From the human T2T-CHM13v2.0 reference genome, Homo sapiens, in NCBI RefSeq assembly GCF_009914755.1, contig NC_060945.1: a DNA stretch of 64,000 nt. One strand, 5' to 3'. Below are positions 14,011-28,699 of the stretch, piece by piece. The number at the start of each line of letters is the position of its first letter. Within the stretch, counting starts at the first letter, position 1. The position numbers and the translations under genes are program-made. The notes under the pieces were generated by a model. It did no database searches, was not told where the DNA came from, and saw nothing but the letters and a program-made list of their open reading frames with translations.

Positions 14011-16476
14011 AGGACTCTGGATCTCACCCACTCCCTCCCACCTATGAGTCTTTGGAAAATACTATTTCCTCCCTTGCTATTTCAGGCCCAGGTGGCAGAA
14101 CTCCTCTCTCTGGGGACCCCTCCATTGTGTGTTTTCCCTTCCACAGGATTCTGAGTTGGATCCTGTGTCTGTCTGTGGCCCTGAGAGCTGCAGGTATCGA
14201 CTACAGGCTCAGCATGGTGGGATGGGCTGTATCCTCAACCCTGTTTCAACAGGGACACTTCTGCTAGGAGAGGAGAATGGGCCCAGATGTAAAGCTGCCC
14301 TTCTCCAGGGTTTCCTGAACCTTCTGGTCTCTTTGCCTTCATCTTGCCTCTTCCTGCTCCGTTAAAAAGAAAATGCTTCCCATTTGTTAATTGTTGAGAG
14401 TGTATGCTGCTGTTTTATTTTGCTTGACATCTTACAATCAATCTTCTGTATATGTTTATATATGCTTTTCTATTTAAGCTTTTTTTTTTTTTAAATCTAA
14501 AAAACACAGTACCATACCGCCAAAGGTGTCAGGAAACACGCTCAAATAAGGAAGGGCTCCAAAGACTGCTTTGCCAACAAAATGCCAGTAAAATCTGAAA
14601 CCCAGGTTCAGACACACTGGGAACGTTCCAAAATTTAAAACTTAAAGAACTTCTTTATTCCAGTAAATCAGCTTCCCTGTGAATACCATCAAAATCCTGG
14701 GCTTTAATGAGTAAGGGAATATCAGAGGAAAGGGTGGAGAAGGAAAGGATTTGGACGAGCACAAAATTTAATTTAAAAACTATTATGAGAAGTTTAATTT
14801 CCCCTCCCCCAACCAAACACATAAATCTTTTCCATGCATTTTCTTTGTTTCGGTTTTTCCTAAAAAATCTGGAGAGGGAAAGGCATCTTGAACCATCTGA
14901 AATGACAGAGTCAGTGGAGTCTTTAATAATAAATATGTGTTTATTGGATTCCTATGAATTAAATGACATATTAGCTATATGGGAGGATCCAAGGAAATCG
15001 TAAGCAAAATTGCATTCTCACCGAATGTGTAATCAACCAGGGAGAAAAGACATTGATGGGAAGGATAACGAGTGACATGAGGCCTTGGGCCTCTTAAGGA
15101 GTAGGGACAACAGAGGTGTCAGAGTCCAGGCGGGGATGGCTCACTTCGGCAGGGGTGGTCGGGGCCCAGCACACCCCCAAGTGCACTGAAAGATGCGACC
15201 ATGTAGGGAGAATGAAGCTGGCCTTCACAGTTCATAATTCCATCCACAGGCAGCACTGAGTGCAGCCACATTTCAACATTGGAACTTTCCAGGGCCAAGA
15301 AGCACTGAACACGTCGCAAGAGCATGGACTTCCTAGGTTTTCACCAGGCCACGCATGAGCATGGGGCTGTGGGTGTCGGTGTGCCTCAGCACTGCCACGT
15401 CCACTCTGAGTGCAGGTCCGGCTCAGTTTTGGATGTTCCTCCGAGAGCAGTCCTCCAGGGCCACCGTGGGACGAGGCACCTCTTTGGTAGGCCATTTGCA
15501 CTCCAGCACGGCCTCTGTTCCTAACCACAATGGGCTGCTGGTTCAAGGACTCCCTGCCACAGCCAGGAGGCACAGAAGACCCCATGGAGGCACTTGGCTG
15601 GTTAAGACCCGCAGGGGTCACCTGCCTAGGCTTAGCCTCAATCTCCTTGTAGATAAAACTGGACCCTAACCCTTCACTGCCCAGGGCCCCTAGGGAATAA
15701 ATGTGCCATGCTGCGTGGGATGCCCAAGGAGAGTTCTGTGGCATTTATTTAGCCACACTGGTTCCTCTCCCCTGGTTTCTTTTCATCATCAAATGGACAT
15801 GATGGAAAGCTCCTTTGCGGTCTTTCTAGGAGAGGAGGCGGCACCTATATTCCAGATGCAGCCATTTCACAACCAGGCGCTGCTTCCTGGTCAGAGCCGC
15901 TCGACCATGAGGATATTCTACAGAAAGAGAACTCAGCTCTCTCCTTCCTACCTCACATGACCCTAAGGAAAGTTAAGAAAAGAGGAAAAGACCTGTGAAG
16001 ATGCCTGATCAGCTGTCAGGGTTACGTAGACACTGGCTGCTGTTATTTACTGTTCCCCGGCTGATAAAATAGCCAGGTCACCTGTGCCGATGACCAGACC
16101 CACCCCCTACCCACCAGCAGGGCTGCCAGGGCTTTCTGGGGAGACGCTGCAGCTTGGTTCTTATTTCCTTTGCTCTGCATCCCTCTGGGTTGACTTGAGT
16201 CTGATCATGGGTTTATTCCATTTCCATTTTGCTAGATTCCCTCCACTCCCTCAAGCTTCTACAAAACTGTGGGGCCACCACTCCCCACAAAAGATTAAAA
16301 CCAAGATGTTTCCTAGAGGTGGCATTTTGTCTTCCTGAAGCTGTTCTGTGCACAGGTCCTCTCCACACTCATGCCAAATGCTCGGTGAAGCGTCTTCCTG
16401 AATGTCCCTAAGGGGCACGTGCCACTGGCAGAGCTGATGGGCACACCTCACTCCCACACATGCTGTGCCGAGCTCA

Positions 16477-16485
16477 TGACTCAGC
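16477..16485 (+). promoter_or_regulatory. AP-1/ARE-type motif TGACTCAGC (motif only)
   Basis: Matches TGACTCA and ARE TGACnnnGC in repeat-free sequence; no functional evidence. Confidence 0.3.
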
Positions 16486-17212
16486 TGTGCAGGGCCCGCC
16501 CAAGAGTGAGGCAAACACCAACACCGCACAGCGACCCTTTGTCAATGGTGGGGACCTCAGTGGCTTCTCCATCGGAACTTAGGGCTGACGGGCCTCCAGA
16601 CCTACTGTTACACACTGGCCCACGGAATGACCCTCATAAACCCAAGAACAGTAAACAGAGCTTAACATTCTAACGAAATCAAGATTGCTGTGTGTGCTTT
16701 CACAAAATGAAACTGCCTGGAACTTCTCATAACGTTTTTTATGATAAGCATTAAAATGCAAAGAGGAAGATTAAAGTTCCTGCTACAGACCAGAGCAGTA
16801 ATGAGCGTGGGAGGAGGAGCTCTGGGTAGGGTCTGGGAGAGAGGTTTATGTACTGCATTACAGTTGGATATTATTATATAAAATGAGTGTGTTATTAAAA
16901 GGATCCTGAAGTTATAAAAACTCAAAGGAACTTTTACTGAGGATGAATAACTTCTTTGGTAAAGATGAATGACTCTCACGTCCTAGACACTGAGGTGCAG
17001 TCACGTGCCAGAGCTCTTTAATTGCTAGTAGTTGGATTTCGTTGTTTTTGTGGGGCACTTTTTTGCGGGGGAAGGGGCAGAAAGATTAGGAATACATTCT
17101 TTGATTAGGAAAGTTCTAGTGGGTAAGAGAAAGTCCCTCTAGTTAGTAACTGAGAATCTTGATTATCCTACTAGAAAAAGGCAATAAGAAGACGCATCTC
17201 CTATGGCCATAA

Positions 17213-17479
<267 letters not shown>

Positions 17480-17819
17480 TAAACAGTACATACCACCTCA
17501 TCCATTTAATGTTACAAACACAATGAAATCAGTAAGTCAGAAAACTGTAGAGTGATGTGGTGAAAAACATTCTTTTTAAATGTAGTTCTACTTATTTTAA
17601 ATACATTTAATTAACTAAAATTATACCAGAATATGGCTTTGGGCTTGATCTACTCAAGTAATTTATACATTTTCCCTATAATTTTGTTTGTGTCCATAAA
17701 CTAGGAAATTTCCATGTAATCTGTATCAAGACAATCACAAATTCTAAATTAGTGAAGACCAAAGTAATGTTTCCCTTTACCATGGTTGGAAGTGTACAGG
17801 ATATTTGGTTTATTAATTT

Positions 17820-18315
17820 TAAAAATTATGAGAGTAATCCCGACAGTCTGGAAAACAGAAACAAAAGATTTCATCACACATACTAACACAACGATTGCCA
17901 CCTTACGCATTTTCTAGTCCTTTCTCAAAGATGCATGTTTTAAGATTTTAATCTACGAATTAATAATTTATTGAAACCTGCTTTTTACTTTAAGTGGTCT
18001 GAGCATTTCTGTATCTTGCCATAGTCTTTCTGCTGATGGACAATATTCCATTGAGTGAGTGTGTACAGAGTACTTAACTATACATCTTTGTGAGTATGAA
18101 CTTTCCGATGTATCTGATCATTTCTTAAGGGTAGATTACTAGAAGTGGTATCAATGGGTCAAGGATATTAACTTTTTACAACTCCTGATGCCTACTGCCA
18201 CACTGCTTTTCAAGAGGTTGCTCTAATGTACACTCCCACTGGGGTTTGAACAAGGCTTAAAAGTACCTGTTTCATTATATCCTTGCCCACCCTGGGTATT
18301 ATCATTAAAAACCAT
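17820..18315 (-). mobile_element. Old L1ME-like fragment
   Basis: AATATTCCATTGAGTG, AGATTACTAGAAGTGGTATCAATGGGTCAAGG, TACACTCCCAC. Confidence 0.55.
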
Positions 18316-18319
18316 TTTG

Positions 18320-18700
<381 letters not shown>

Positions 18701-18783
18701 TTAGGAAGTGGGTCCTATGGTGTTTCCTTGGCTCTTCATTCAGATTGAAGACAGGAAACAACCACATAGACATATTCTGTATC

Positions 18784-18850
18784 TGGCTGCCTTTCCCATG
18801 ATCTTACGCTTCCGTGGCTCAATGGCTGCCTTTCCCACGATCTTATGCTT
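18784..18850 (+). repeat. 28-bp direct repeat x2 (period 39)
   Basis: TGGCTGCCTTTCCCAYGATCTTAYGCTT at 18784-18811 and 18823-18850. Confidence 0.9.
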
Positions 18851-20640
18851 TTGATCATCCATGGAGAAAAACGCAAACGGACGCAGGAATGCTCCAATCT
18901 GGGCTGTGAAGGCTCAGACAGGCAGGAGGCTGTCTGCCCAGGAAGGCAGGTCAGAAGCTGCTATTAACCACTCTGGCAGGGCAGTGTTTCTGTCAGCCTG
19001 CAGAGCACTTCAGGTTCTGGGAGCAGCTGATGGCAGAACTGTGGTGTTCTCTCCGTGGAAAAAAAATGAGGAAGTCAGCAAAATGTTCTTAAGCCATTCC
19101 GTCCACCATTTTGTCCATCTGTGTTGATTTGGCAGTGGTGTTGGCAAAGAACCTGGGTGTAGGACAATGTGCTTTGTAAACAGAAGAAAATGAAATGATA
19201 GATGCAGGGGTGCCTTCGTTTGAGCTTGCTTGTATTTAAAGTTGGCTAAATATGCCTCAGCAGAGATCTTTGGGGACATGAATCATAATAGAAAAAAACA
19301 GCAACATATAGGCTTGTCCAAAATAAAACCTGCTCACCGTGCCTCAGGTAACCCTAAGAAGCGTCCTCTGTTGTAAAAACAATTCAAATACATACCAAGT
19401 AGCAAGAATCGCATAAGGAAACCCCACATAGGATGTCCGGGGCAACAACATGCGGACCCCCACCCCTGCCGGAGCCGAGTACACACCAACCCACACATCC
19501 AGGGCTCTGGGCAGCGGTGACTGTTCAGTGAGACCGCTTTCAGCATTTGCGAGAAGCTGCTCACCAACTGCCAAGTTCCTGCTGGGTCGGCCAAGAGGTA
19601 TGAACCAAAAATGAAAAAACATGAAAGGTTTGTTTTTTAAAGGCAATACATCAAACATAAAAAGAGCCCTTTTGTATGAATTTTCAGTGTGGGAGCCAGA
19701 GAGGAGAAAAAATCATTTTCCCTCCTGGGAGGAAGCAGTTTGACCTCACCTGCGACTTTTCTCTTACGGTGTGGATTTTTCTCACCCCATTAAATGTAAC
19801 CTACTCTAGGTGGGTTAGTACCATGTGAGAGAAATAGGGGGTGATGGGGAATATGGCAGACAGGCAGGCTGGGGCTCAGACAGAATGCCGAGCACCCTCG
19901 AGGGTGGGCCCTCGAGGGCCACGGAAGCGGGTGCCACGGGGCTGCATGGAATGCGGCTGCTCCAAGGGGCCTGTTTGCTGGACACACAAGGATTAAGTTT
20001 CCATGGCTCCAAAACCCTTGCAGCCTCCCACCCCACCCCCGGCAAAAGCACTCTTTGCAAAAGGAAAGGAAAAAAGAACAACCAAGTTAGAATGGGGTTA
20101 TCTTCTTACCACTTTCACAAAGAAAGGGCTGGCTGGGATGGACACAGCAGGTTTCCCACTGTGAAGCCATCAGAAAGGCAGCGGAAAAAAACCTCATGGC
20201 AGTTAGGTGTGGGCCAGCCACACAGACAGGAACAAGCGAGCTTTCAAACCTAGAAGGTGAGTGCGCTACCTGTCAGCGTTCACAGGACTTTGCTCTGAAG
20301 AACAGTAAAAGACCATCTCAGCACCGGGTCCCTAAATCCCCTTCCCATTAACCAGGTGCCAATAGTGAAACCTAGAAGGGGACCCTGGTAAATCACCCGG
20401 CGGCTACCCCGCAGGCTCCCAGCGCTACGCTCTGGGGACCGTCAGCCTTTTCTTCTGTCACACAGCAGGAGAATGAGCTCACTTTGGCATCTGTGTGACC
20501 AGGGACGGCTGCCATCTGTGTGTCACTGTTATCAGTGGTCAGAGCAGAAGTAGCAGGTGGAACCATGTGAAATCCCTAACATTCAACCGTTTAGACCTGC
20601 AAAAATGGCTCTTTCCTTCGATTTACCCTGATGATGACAA

Positions 20641-20716
20641 GAAAAGGAGAAGGGGGGGAGGGAAGGGAGAGGGGGAGGGAAGGGATGGAAGGGAAGGGAG
20701 CGGGGGGAGGAGGAGG
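20641..20716 (+). repeat. G/A-rich polypurine tract (G-quadruplex / H-DNA-capable)
   Basis: Many runs of >=3 G with short A/G loops. Confidence 0.8.
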
Positions 20717-20769
20717 ACGACCATGATCATCAGCCAATTGTGCTACGTCAGTCCAGAGTGAGCTGCTAC

Positions 20770-20900
20770 TTATGATTTCATTTCCTCCTTAGACTGATGG
20801 GAGCAATGACAATCCCCATTTGTAGATGAGGCACCTGCTCAGAGAACTGAAGTTACTCATCCAGGGTCACATGGCTGTCAAGAGGCATGCCCAGTACCTA
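20770..20900 (-). mobile_element. MIR fragment
   Basis: ATCCCCATTTGTAGATGAGG...AAGTTACTCATCCAGGGTCACATGGCT. Confidence 0.7.
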
Positions 20901-21422
20901 TGACAAACATTCATCCCCAAGTAACGAAGCCAACAACCTGTGTCTCACTCCAGAACCACAGAGCTGTTACAACACGTGGTGCCTCCTGAGCCAGCAGCCA
21001 GGGGCAAGAACGAGAGGATGCAGGGAGAGGCTCTGGGGAAAGGGCTGTGTCCCCTCAGTCATGTGACCCCCAGGCTTTCTAGAGTGACTCATGGTGAGGA
21101 CAGCAAAGATCTCAAAATGCTGTCTAGACCTTAACTCTGCCCATCACCCCATCCATTTGGTTTTGTTTCCCTTTCATTTGCATGTGTAGTCACATGTTCA
21201 GCATCCTTGGGGGCAGCTGCATCTGTGGTCCTCCAGAACCCCAAGCTTTGCAGTTGGACTTGAACCCCTCATGCGCTTTTGATTCCTGATTAAATAACCT
21301 GATTCGAGTTGTTGAGATCTTTAGTTTACATCAAATAATTCTTCTTTCTATTGCTCCATTCACTTCTGCACATTGCCTTAGGTACCGATTCATTTTCTCT
21401 ACGACCCCCGCTGCTTACATGA

Positions 21423-21810
<388 letters not shown>

Positions 21811-22339
21811 AGGATGCAATCTTATTGGTGTGTCACTTTTAGCCCAAGAAGCAAAAAAGTGGAGTGAGTAAGCTGGTAGGATCAACTGTTATTTTTATAT
21901 TAAAACAAACATGTACCAGAATTATGGAGTAAAAATTATGCAAAATTTACAAGCATGTTAGAGATAAATCAGACCTTAAAGAAATTTAGTGCTAGTCAGA
22001 AGCTACATAAATGGTCAGGCATGTGGCTGCTGGTGCAATATTGTCCCTTTACGGCCAAGAGACCTCAGACAAGTTACTTAACCTCTCCCATCGAAAGCAT
22101 CTCTCATGAAGATGCTGCTTCAGTCATAGGGTTGTCAGGAGGATATACCAAGTTAGTGCCTATGTGGACAGCTGTTTAGAAGCCTCAGAGCACCCTGTGA
22201 ATGTGCTTTCAGACCTGCCCTGGATTCTTAGCTTCTACTAAGGACGAGCTACGGGTGTGACTGGGTTACGCTTGGCTCATTCTGGCCTCCCTGCCGCAAC
22301 TTTTCCAAAGAGGCGATCTCTGAGCTCCTGGGAGCAAAC

Positions 22340-23340
22340 CCATGAGGATACAGATGATTCGGCAACTTTGTGCCAGGCCCTCTCCAGGCTCTGGGGTTGT
22401 TTCTGTGAACAAATGCTCTGTCTCTGCACCCAGGGAGCTGGCATTCTAGTATGTGTGTGCAAGGCGGTGGGAGAGAGACATAAATGCATAATGTGTCAAT
22501 GCAGTGAAAACAAAATACAGCAGATAAGGGGTACAAGGAAGGACAAAGGATGGGGTGTTCAAGTGGTCCCTGAAGGCTGCTGCAATAAGGCATTTGTTCA
22601 GAAAGAAGATAGTGAGAGCATACCATGAAGACATGTGACAGAGGACTATTCCAGGCAGAGGCAGCGGCAAGGCCAAAGGCCCTCAGTGGGATTGGAGAGG
22701 AACAAAAAGGTGACCGACGTGGCTGAAGCACACTCTGTGCGTATGGGGTTGGGGGGAATAGGAATAAGGTTTATGCTGGTTGGGGGACAGATTTGGAAGT
22801 GTGCAGGTCATAGTAAGAACTCTGGATTTTTTACTGAATGAAGTAGGAAGCAACACTGAGCCTTTCTAAGCTAACAGGGATGAGATAACTAAGTTACATT
22901 TTAAAGGAATTCACCTGGCTGCCACATGGAAAACAGCCTGGTGGAAGGAAGAAAGAGATGTGTTCTGCACATTTTGAAAGTGGAACAAAGAGGACCTGAT
23001 GATGAACTGAGCTCCTGAAAGGAAGATGGAGTCAAGGGTGAGTTCACGACTTCTGGCACACACAACTCAAGGAAAAAGCGATGTGCCGTTTCCCAAAAGC
23101 AGGAGGCAAGGGCTGAGCAGGCTGGAGGGTGGAATCTGGTGCTGGACTTAGATGTAGCAAGCATAAGATGCCTATGAGACAGCCCACGGAATCCAAGCAG
23201 AAGTCTGGAGTGGGAGGGAGAGGTCTGGGCTAGGATATTCATTTGGGAATCATTATCGTGGAGATGGTTCTTAGAACCATGGGACCAGGAGAGGTCAGCT
23301 AGCGAATGAGTTGGGCTGGAGAGGGGAAGACGTCTGATTA
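22340..23340 (-). mobile_element. L2 LINE fragment
   Basis: TGTGCCAGGCCCT, TATTCCAGGCAGAGG, GATGCCTATGAGACAGCCC, GAGAGGTCTGGGCTAGGA. Confidence 0.75.
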
Positions 23341-24274
23341 ACCTGACTTTGTTCTCTGGCAAAGGCACCAGGTTGAGAATTCAGAAACTCATATCCCTGG
23401 TTTCTTTTTAGCAAACACGAAGCATGGTGACCAAGCCATGTCATCACACTGGAACCGCAAAAAAGAGAAGAAAGGAAATGCGCTTCGTCTTCTGCGAGGA
23501 CACATTGACGGTGCTCAGCTAGCCAGCATCTAGGTCCCACAGAGGGCAGGAGGGATCCGGAAACACTGAGGTCCCCTCCTGAGAGGCTCATGCCCTCACA
23601 TACTTTCTTAATATAATCAAAATGGGAGTAAATGATGACAATATGCAACTTTCCAAATACTGAGGTTCTGGACCAAGCTACTGAAACAGATTTCATAGTT
23701 GCTATGCTCCATACTCTGCCTAGCATACGGTAGTCATTTTATAAACATTTGACAAATAGTTATATTTCTAACAGAAACCAGAAATTTGGGGCCATGACTC
23801 CTTTACAGCTCAAGAAATATGCAAAATTAGTATTCCCTGAGAGACAGATGTCTGAAGGCCCCAAGCAGTCCAACCCTGTCCTGTCATAGCCTGAGACATC
23901 CTGCCTTAGGGAGTAAGTTATTACTAACTGTGGACAAGCTCTGTTTCCCTTTTGGAGGAACTGAGGGCAGAGATCCTGCCATTAATTCCTCCCCCAGTGC
24001 CTGGGATAGTGCCCTGTGCACAGCAAATGCCCAATACATCTAAATAAATGTCAAATGAATGAGCGAATAAATATTCATTAAAAATTAACCAAACAGTTAA
24101 TTTAGGTCATTCAGTGGAAAAAAGAAAAACAGTGAAACTAGAAAAGCATCTTTTTAATTTAAAAGGTTAATTAAGGACAAGGTTTTAAAAAAATATTTTG
24201 GTGGCTTTAGTAAACCAAGCACACCTGGGACTCAAAATAGTTGCAATCTGTAACTCTAAACACAGCCCATTATG

Positions 24275-24610
24275 TCCCACGAATTAGAAAATGAGGGAAA
24301 GTTGCCTAACTCGCTTCATGATTCTAGTATAATCTCAATTCTTCAACCAGATAGTGGACAAGAAAATAAAAAACCCCAAACACTTAAACACACAGATGTG
24401 AAAATCATGAATAAAATGCTAGTTAACTGAATTCAATGCTACATCTTATGTGTATTATAATCAGATATTGTTTATCCTAGAAATGCAAGGATGGTTTAAC
24501 ATCAGAAAAATGTATCAACATAATACATAACATATGGGTGGGCAAAATGAGGAAAATCACATGATTTTCTGAATAGATGCAGAACAGACATTTGGTAATT
24601 TCAGTAGCCC
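24275..24610 (+). mobile_element. Old L1 ORF2 (RT region) fragment, degenerate
   Basis: GAAATGCAAGGATGGTTTAACAT and CACATGATTTTCTGAATAGATGCAGAA resemble GMQGWFNI / HMIISIDAEK coding blocks. Confidence 0.75.
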
Positions 24611-25063
24611 TAGGTCAGTCCAAATGATCTATTAGTCTGATCAATTTAATGATTTTACTAGATTCTCTAATTCCCAAAAGCATATTTCTTTTTACTATTT
24701 AAGCATTTTACAGCAATCTGTTTTAGATGTATAAGCAGGGCCCACGAGAGCTGTGAGGAACCAGGACTCGGATAATCCAGGGCGTTGGGAGACTTCCCCA
24801 AACCAGGAAATGATCCCATGCACCATCTGAGCCTTCCAGTCTTCCCACAGACTCTACCAAACATTATCGGGGCCACTAACAAAGAAGGAAGAAAAACTAC
24901 TTTCAATGTTAGCTCTCCCTTTGACTCTTCTACTGAGGGATATGTGGGGGACCCATGTTTATGAATAATAACTTCCAGAAATAAAAATTCAGGAGAGACA
25001 AGCAATGCAGCACCTACAGAAACAAAAATAATCAGACCTAAATCCACAAGTTTATTAAAGTGA

Positions 25064-25406
<343 letters not shown>

Positions 25407-26044
25407 TAACTCATGGCTGTACCATCCAAAGACAGTATTTTGTGCTATGTCTGAAAACCTTCCAATCTGGCCTTAAAACAAATATTCAGCAACATAATAG
25501 AGTGATAATGTCAGAAAAGAGTATTGGCTCCCATATCCACAGTTGTTTTAATAGCATTTAAGACCAACATTTTATAAATATTATTAGAAATAATATTTAT
25601 TTTTTATTAACATTAAAATTAATATAATAAAAATATAATTTTTCTCCTAGCTTTGCTTATGTTTGTGTTTTCATAAATAGTAGAGGGGAGAACTAATGAT
25701 TAATCAATGGGCTGTGCATCACTTGGGAAGTTCCCTGTGTAAAAAGCTCTAAGTTAACATCTTTGCAAAACCATTAGGAAGAATTTCCCAATAATCCATT
25801 TAAACATATCAGATTAATGAGGAATTAAATGCATCTGCACTTATTCTTGGTGTGGATTTCAACTGTTTCTCAAAGCTGAACTGAGCCAGAGCCTGCTCAG
25901 CAGAAGAAAAATTGAGAAGGCTAATGGAGAGAGCCGTTAGCGTAGGATGCAATGGTTTGCAACTTGGTGGGCACACACGGTCTGAAGCCTCACCCTGCCC
26001 TGACGCCTGCATTCCTAATTCTGTGCATTCACATGTTGACTTAA

Positions 26045-26495
26045 CACTGGTTTATTGAGCATTTACTATGTAACACTGTTCTAGAGACCGAGAAATACAG
26101 CAGTAGACCAAGTAGGCTTACGTTCTGGCAGGAGGAGTCAGACACTCAACAAATATGCAAATACAGACACAAATATTGGGTTGTGGGGTTAGAGAAGAAG
26201 TAGTGAGAGCTAAGGATGGTGGGGAGAAGCCCTCTCTGATAAGCTAACACGTGAGCAGAGACTTGAAGGAAGTGAGAGACTCGGGAAGCTACCTTGGCAA
26301 GGAACGATCCGGGCAGGGAGAAGAGTAAACACAAAGGATGGAAGTAGTAGCGTGTGCTTGACCTGAGGCCCAACGAGGAGGCCCAGGCCACTGGATGAAG
26401 TGTGTGCACAGTGTGTGTATGTGTGTGTGCAGGTATTTGGGGGAGGAAGGGAGGCAATCACACAGGGCTTCCAGGGAGGTGAGGACTATGAATTT
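26045..26495 (-). mobile_element. L2 3' end (resumes at ~27640-27795)
   Basis: TTTATTGAGCATTTACTATGT; GAGCAGAGACTTGAAGGAAGTGAG. Confidence 0.75.
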
Positions 26496-27635
26496 TCACT
26501 TAGCATAATATTTTCAAGATTCACCCATGCTGTCACACAAATTAATATTTTGTTCTTTTATATTGCTTGGATTCCTAGTTGTATTCTAGTAATTTGTTTA
26601 TCCGTTCACCAAATGATGACTATTTATGTTGTTTCCAGTTTGGGGTTATTCAAATAAAGCTGCTATGAATATCTACATACAGTCTTTGTATGGACAAATG
26701 TTTTCATTTATCTTGGAAAGGCATCCATCTATCAACTGATTGACTGACTGATTGATCTGCTCACTATGTATCATCCAGTAATGCCATTCCTAGGGATTTA
26801 CCCAAGATAAATTCCAGACTGTTTTCAAAAGTGGCTGTTATCATTCTGCATTCCCACCAGTAACACGTGAGAGTTCCAGTTTCTCCACATTCTTGTCAAC
26901 ATTTGGTATTGTCAGTCTTTTTTAAGTTCAGCCCTACTAATGCATGTGAAGTGGTATCTTATCATAGTGTTAATTTGCATTTCTCTGAAGACTGGTGACA
27001 CTGAGCATTTTCTCATGTGCCTTTAGGAATTTATAAATTTTCTTTGCTGAAGTGTCTTTTCAAATTTTTGCCTTTTAAAAAAATTGAGTTGTCTTAATAT
27101 TGAGTCGTAAGGTTCTTTATATATTCTGGCTATATGTCCTTTGTCAGATATATGTCTTGCAAATATTTTCTCCCAGTCTGTGGCTTACCTTTTCCATTTT
27201 TAAACTGTGTTTTATAAAAAAAAGAAGTTTTTTTAGATCAAAGTCCATTTTAATCATTTTTTCTTTTATAGTTCATGCTTTTTGTGTCTCATTTAAGAAA
27301 TCTTTCCCTACTCCAATGTCACAAATATATTCTCCGAGAAGCTTAACAGTTTTTGCAACTAAATTTAGGTCTATGATCCGTTTTGACTTAATTTTTCCAT
27401 ATGGTGTCATGTAACAGTTGAGATTTTTTTCCTATGCAGGCAGATATTCAATGGTTCAAGTACCATTTATTGAAATGGCTATCTTTTCTCCACTGAATGA
27501 CCTTGGCACTTTTATCAAACATCAACTGGCCACATACAGGTGAGTCTACTTCTGGACACTTATCCTGTTCCATTCATCTGTATATCTCTATCCTTACACC
27601 AACACGCATAGTCTTGAATACTAGGGCAAGTTAAT
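26495..27635 (-). mobile_element. L1MB/MC-like fragment nested in L2
   Basis: TCACTTAGCATAAT, GCATTCCCACCAGTAAC, TTGCAAATATTTTCTCCCAGTCTGTGGC, GTACCATTTATTGAA. Confidence 0.85.
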
Positions 27636-28049
27636 TTTAAGATGTCTCCTGGATATGTAAAAATTATATCTGAGTTGAACTACAGTTTATTTATATATCC
27701 AGGCAGCAAATAAATGTGAGAATCTGGAGGTGAGGGAAGAGATCAGAGATACCACCTTGGAAACCATCAATTTAGAGATGATTCTTAAGGCAGGGGACTA
27801 AGGGACACTCTGTAGGACACAGACATAGAGAAGGGAAGGGGCTGCGGCCTGAACACCCCACCTGCATGCTCACTCACATACTTTCGTCGGCCTGTGTTAA
27901 CGAAGTGCTGGGTCTCCCCAGCCTCTCTCATCTGTAAGCAGTGCCAACAACGTCCAACACAGTTCCATCCAATTTGGATCTGCCAGATTTCCAAGGAGCC
28001 GAAAACTTGACCCTACAAATCAGAGTCCCGAATTCAGCCCAGAGGCTCA

Positions 28050-28190
28050 GAAAGTTGCTCCAGTTTTCTAAGCCTCAGTTCTCAAATTTGGAAAAATAGA
28101 AATTCAGTAACTATCCAAAATCATAGGGTTGTTTGTGGACAACTAATAAGAATAAAATGTAAACATTTAGACACGCAAGCCCCGTGAGGA
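28050..28190 (+). mobile_element. MIR fragment
   Basis: CTAAGCCTCAGTTCTCAAATTTGGAAAAT...CATAGGGTTGTT. Confidence 0.55.
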
Positions 28191-28699
28191 AAATCCAGCC
28201 GTCCCTCTTTCTAATCAGGGTGGTGTGAGTTTCCTATGACCCATTTCCACCATTTCCACATTTATGAACCGTGATCAACATTAGACACTGAAAACACAGG
28301 AAAACAACTTCTGGACAAATCACTGTGAGCTCAAATGACCCCGCAGACTCTGTGGCCAGCTTGACCCCACCACTCCATCATCAAAGAGGACCATGGTGAG
28401 AGCCTGAGGGATGAGGCACTACTTGTTGATGCTGGCAGGGATCAGCAGAAACATATGTTTTCATGCTGAAAACAGAAGACACAGATGTGGGCACACTTAG
28501 AATGCACTCCTGGCACACAGTGGGTACTCCGTAACTACTTGGTGAACAAAGAGACACAAAGAAACAGCAGTCATTTGAACAATCAGCTGAGAAAACAGAG
28601 ACTCTGTGACCAAGCTCTCCATCAGGTATGGAACAGATGCAGTCGCAGGAATGATAACAGTCACAAGGAAAGCTGAGGGTGGCTCCCTGCCGGTACCGC

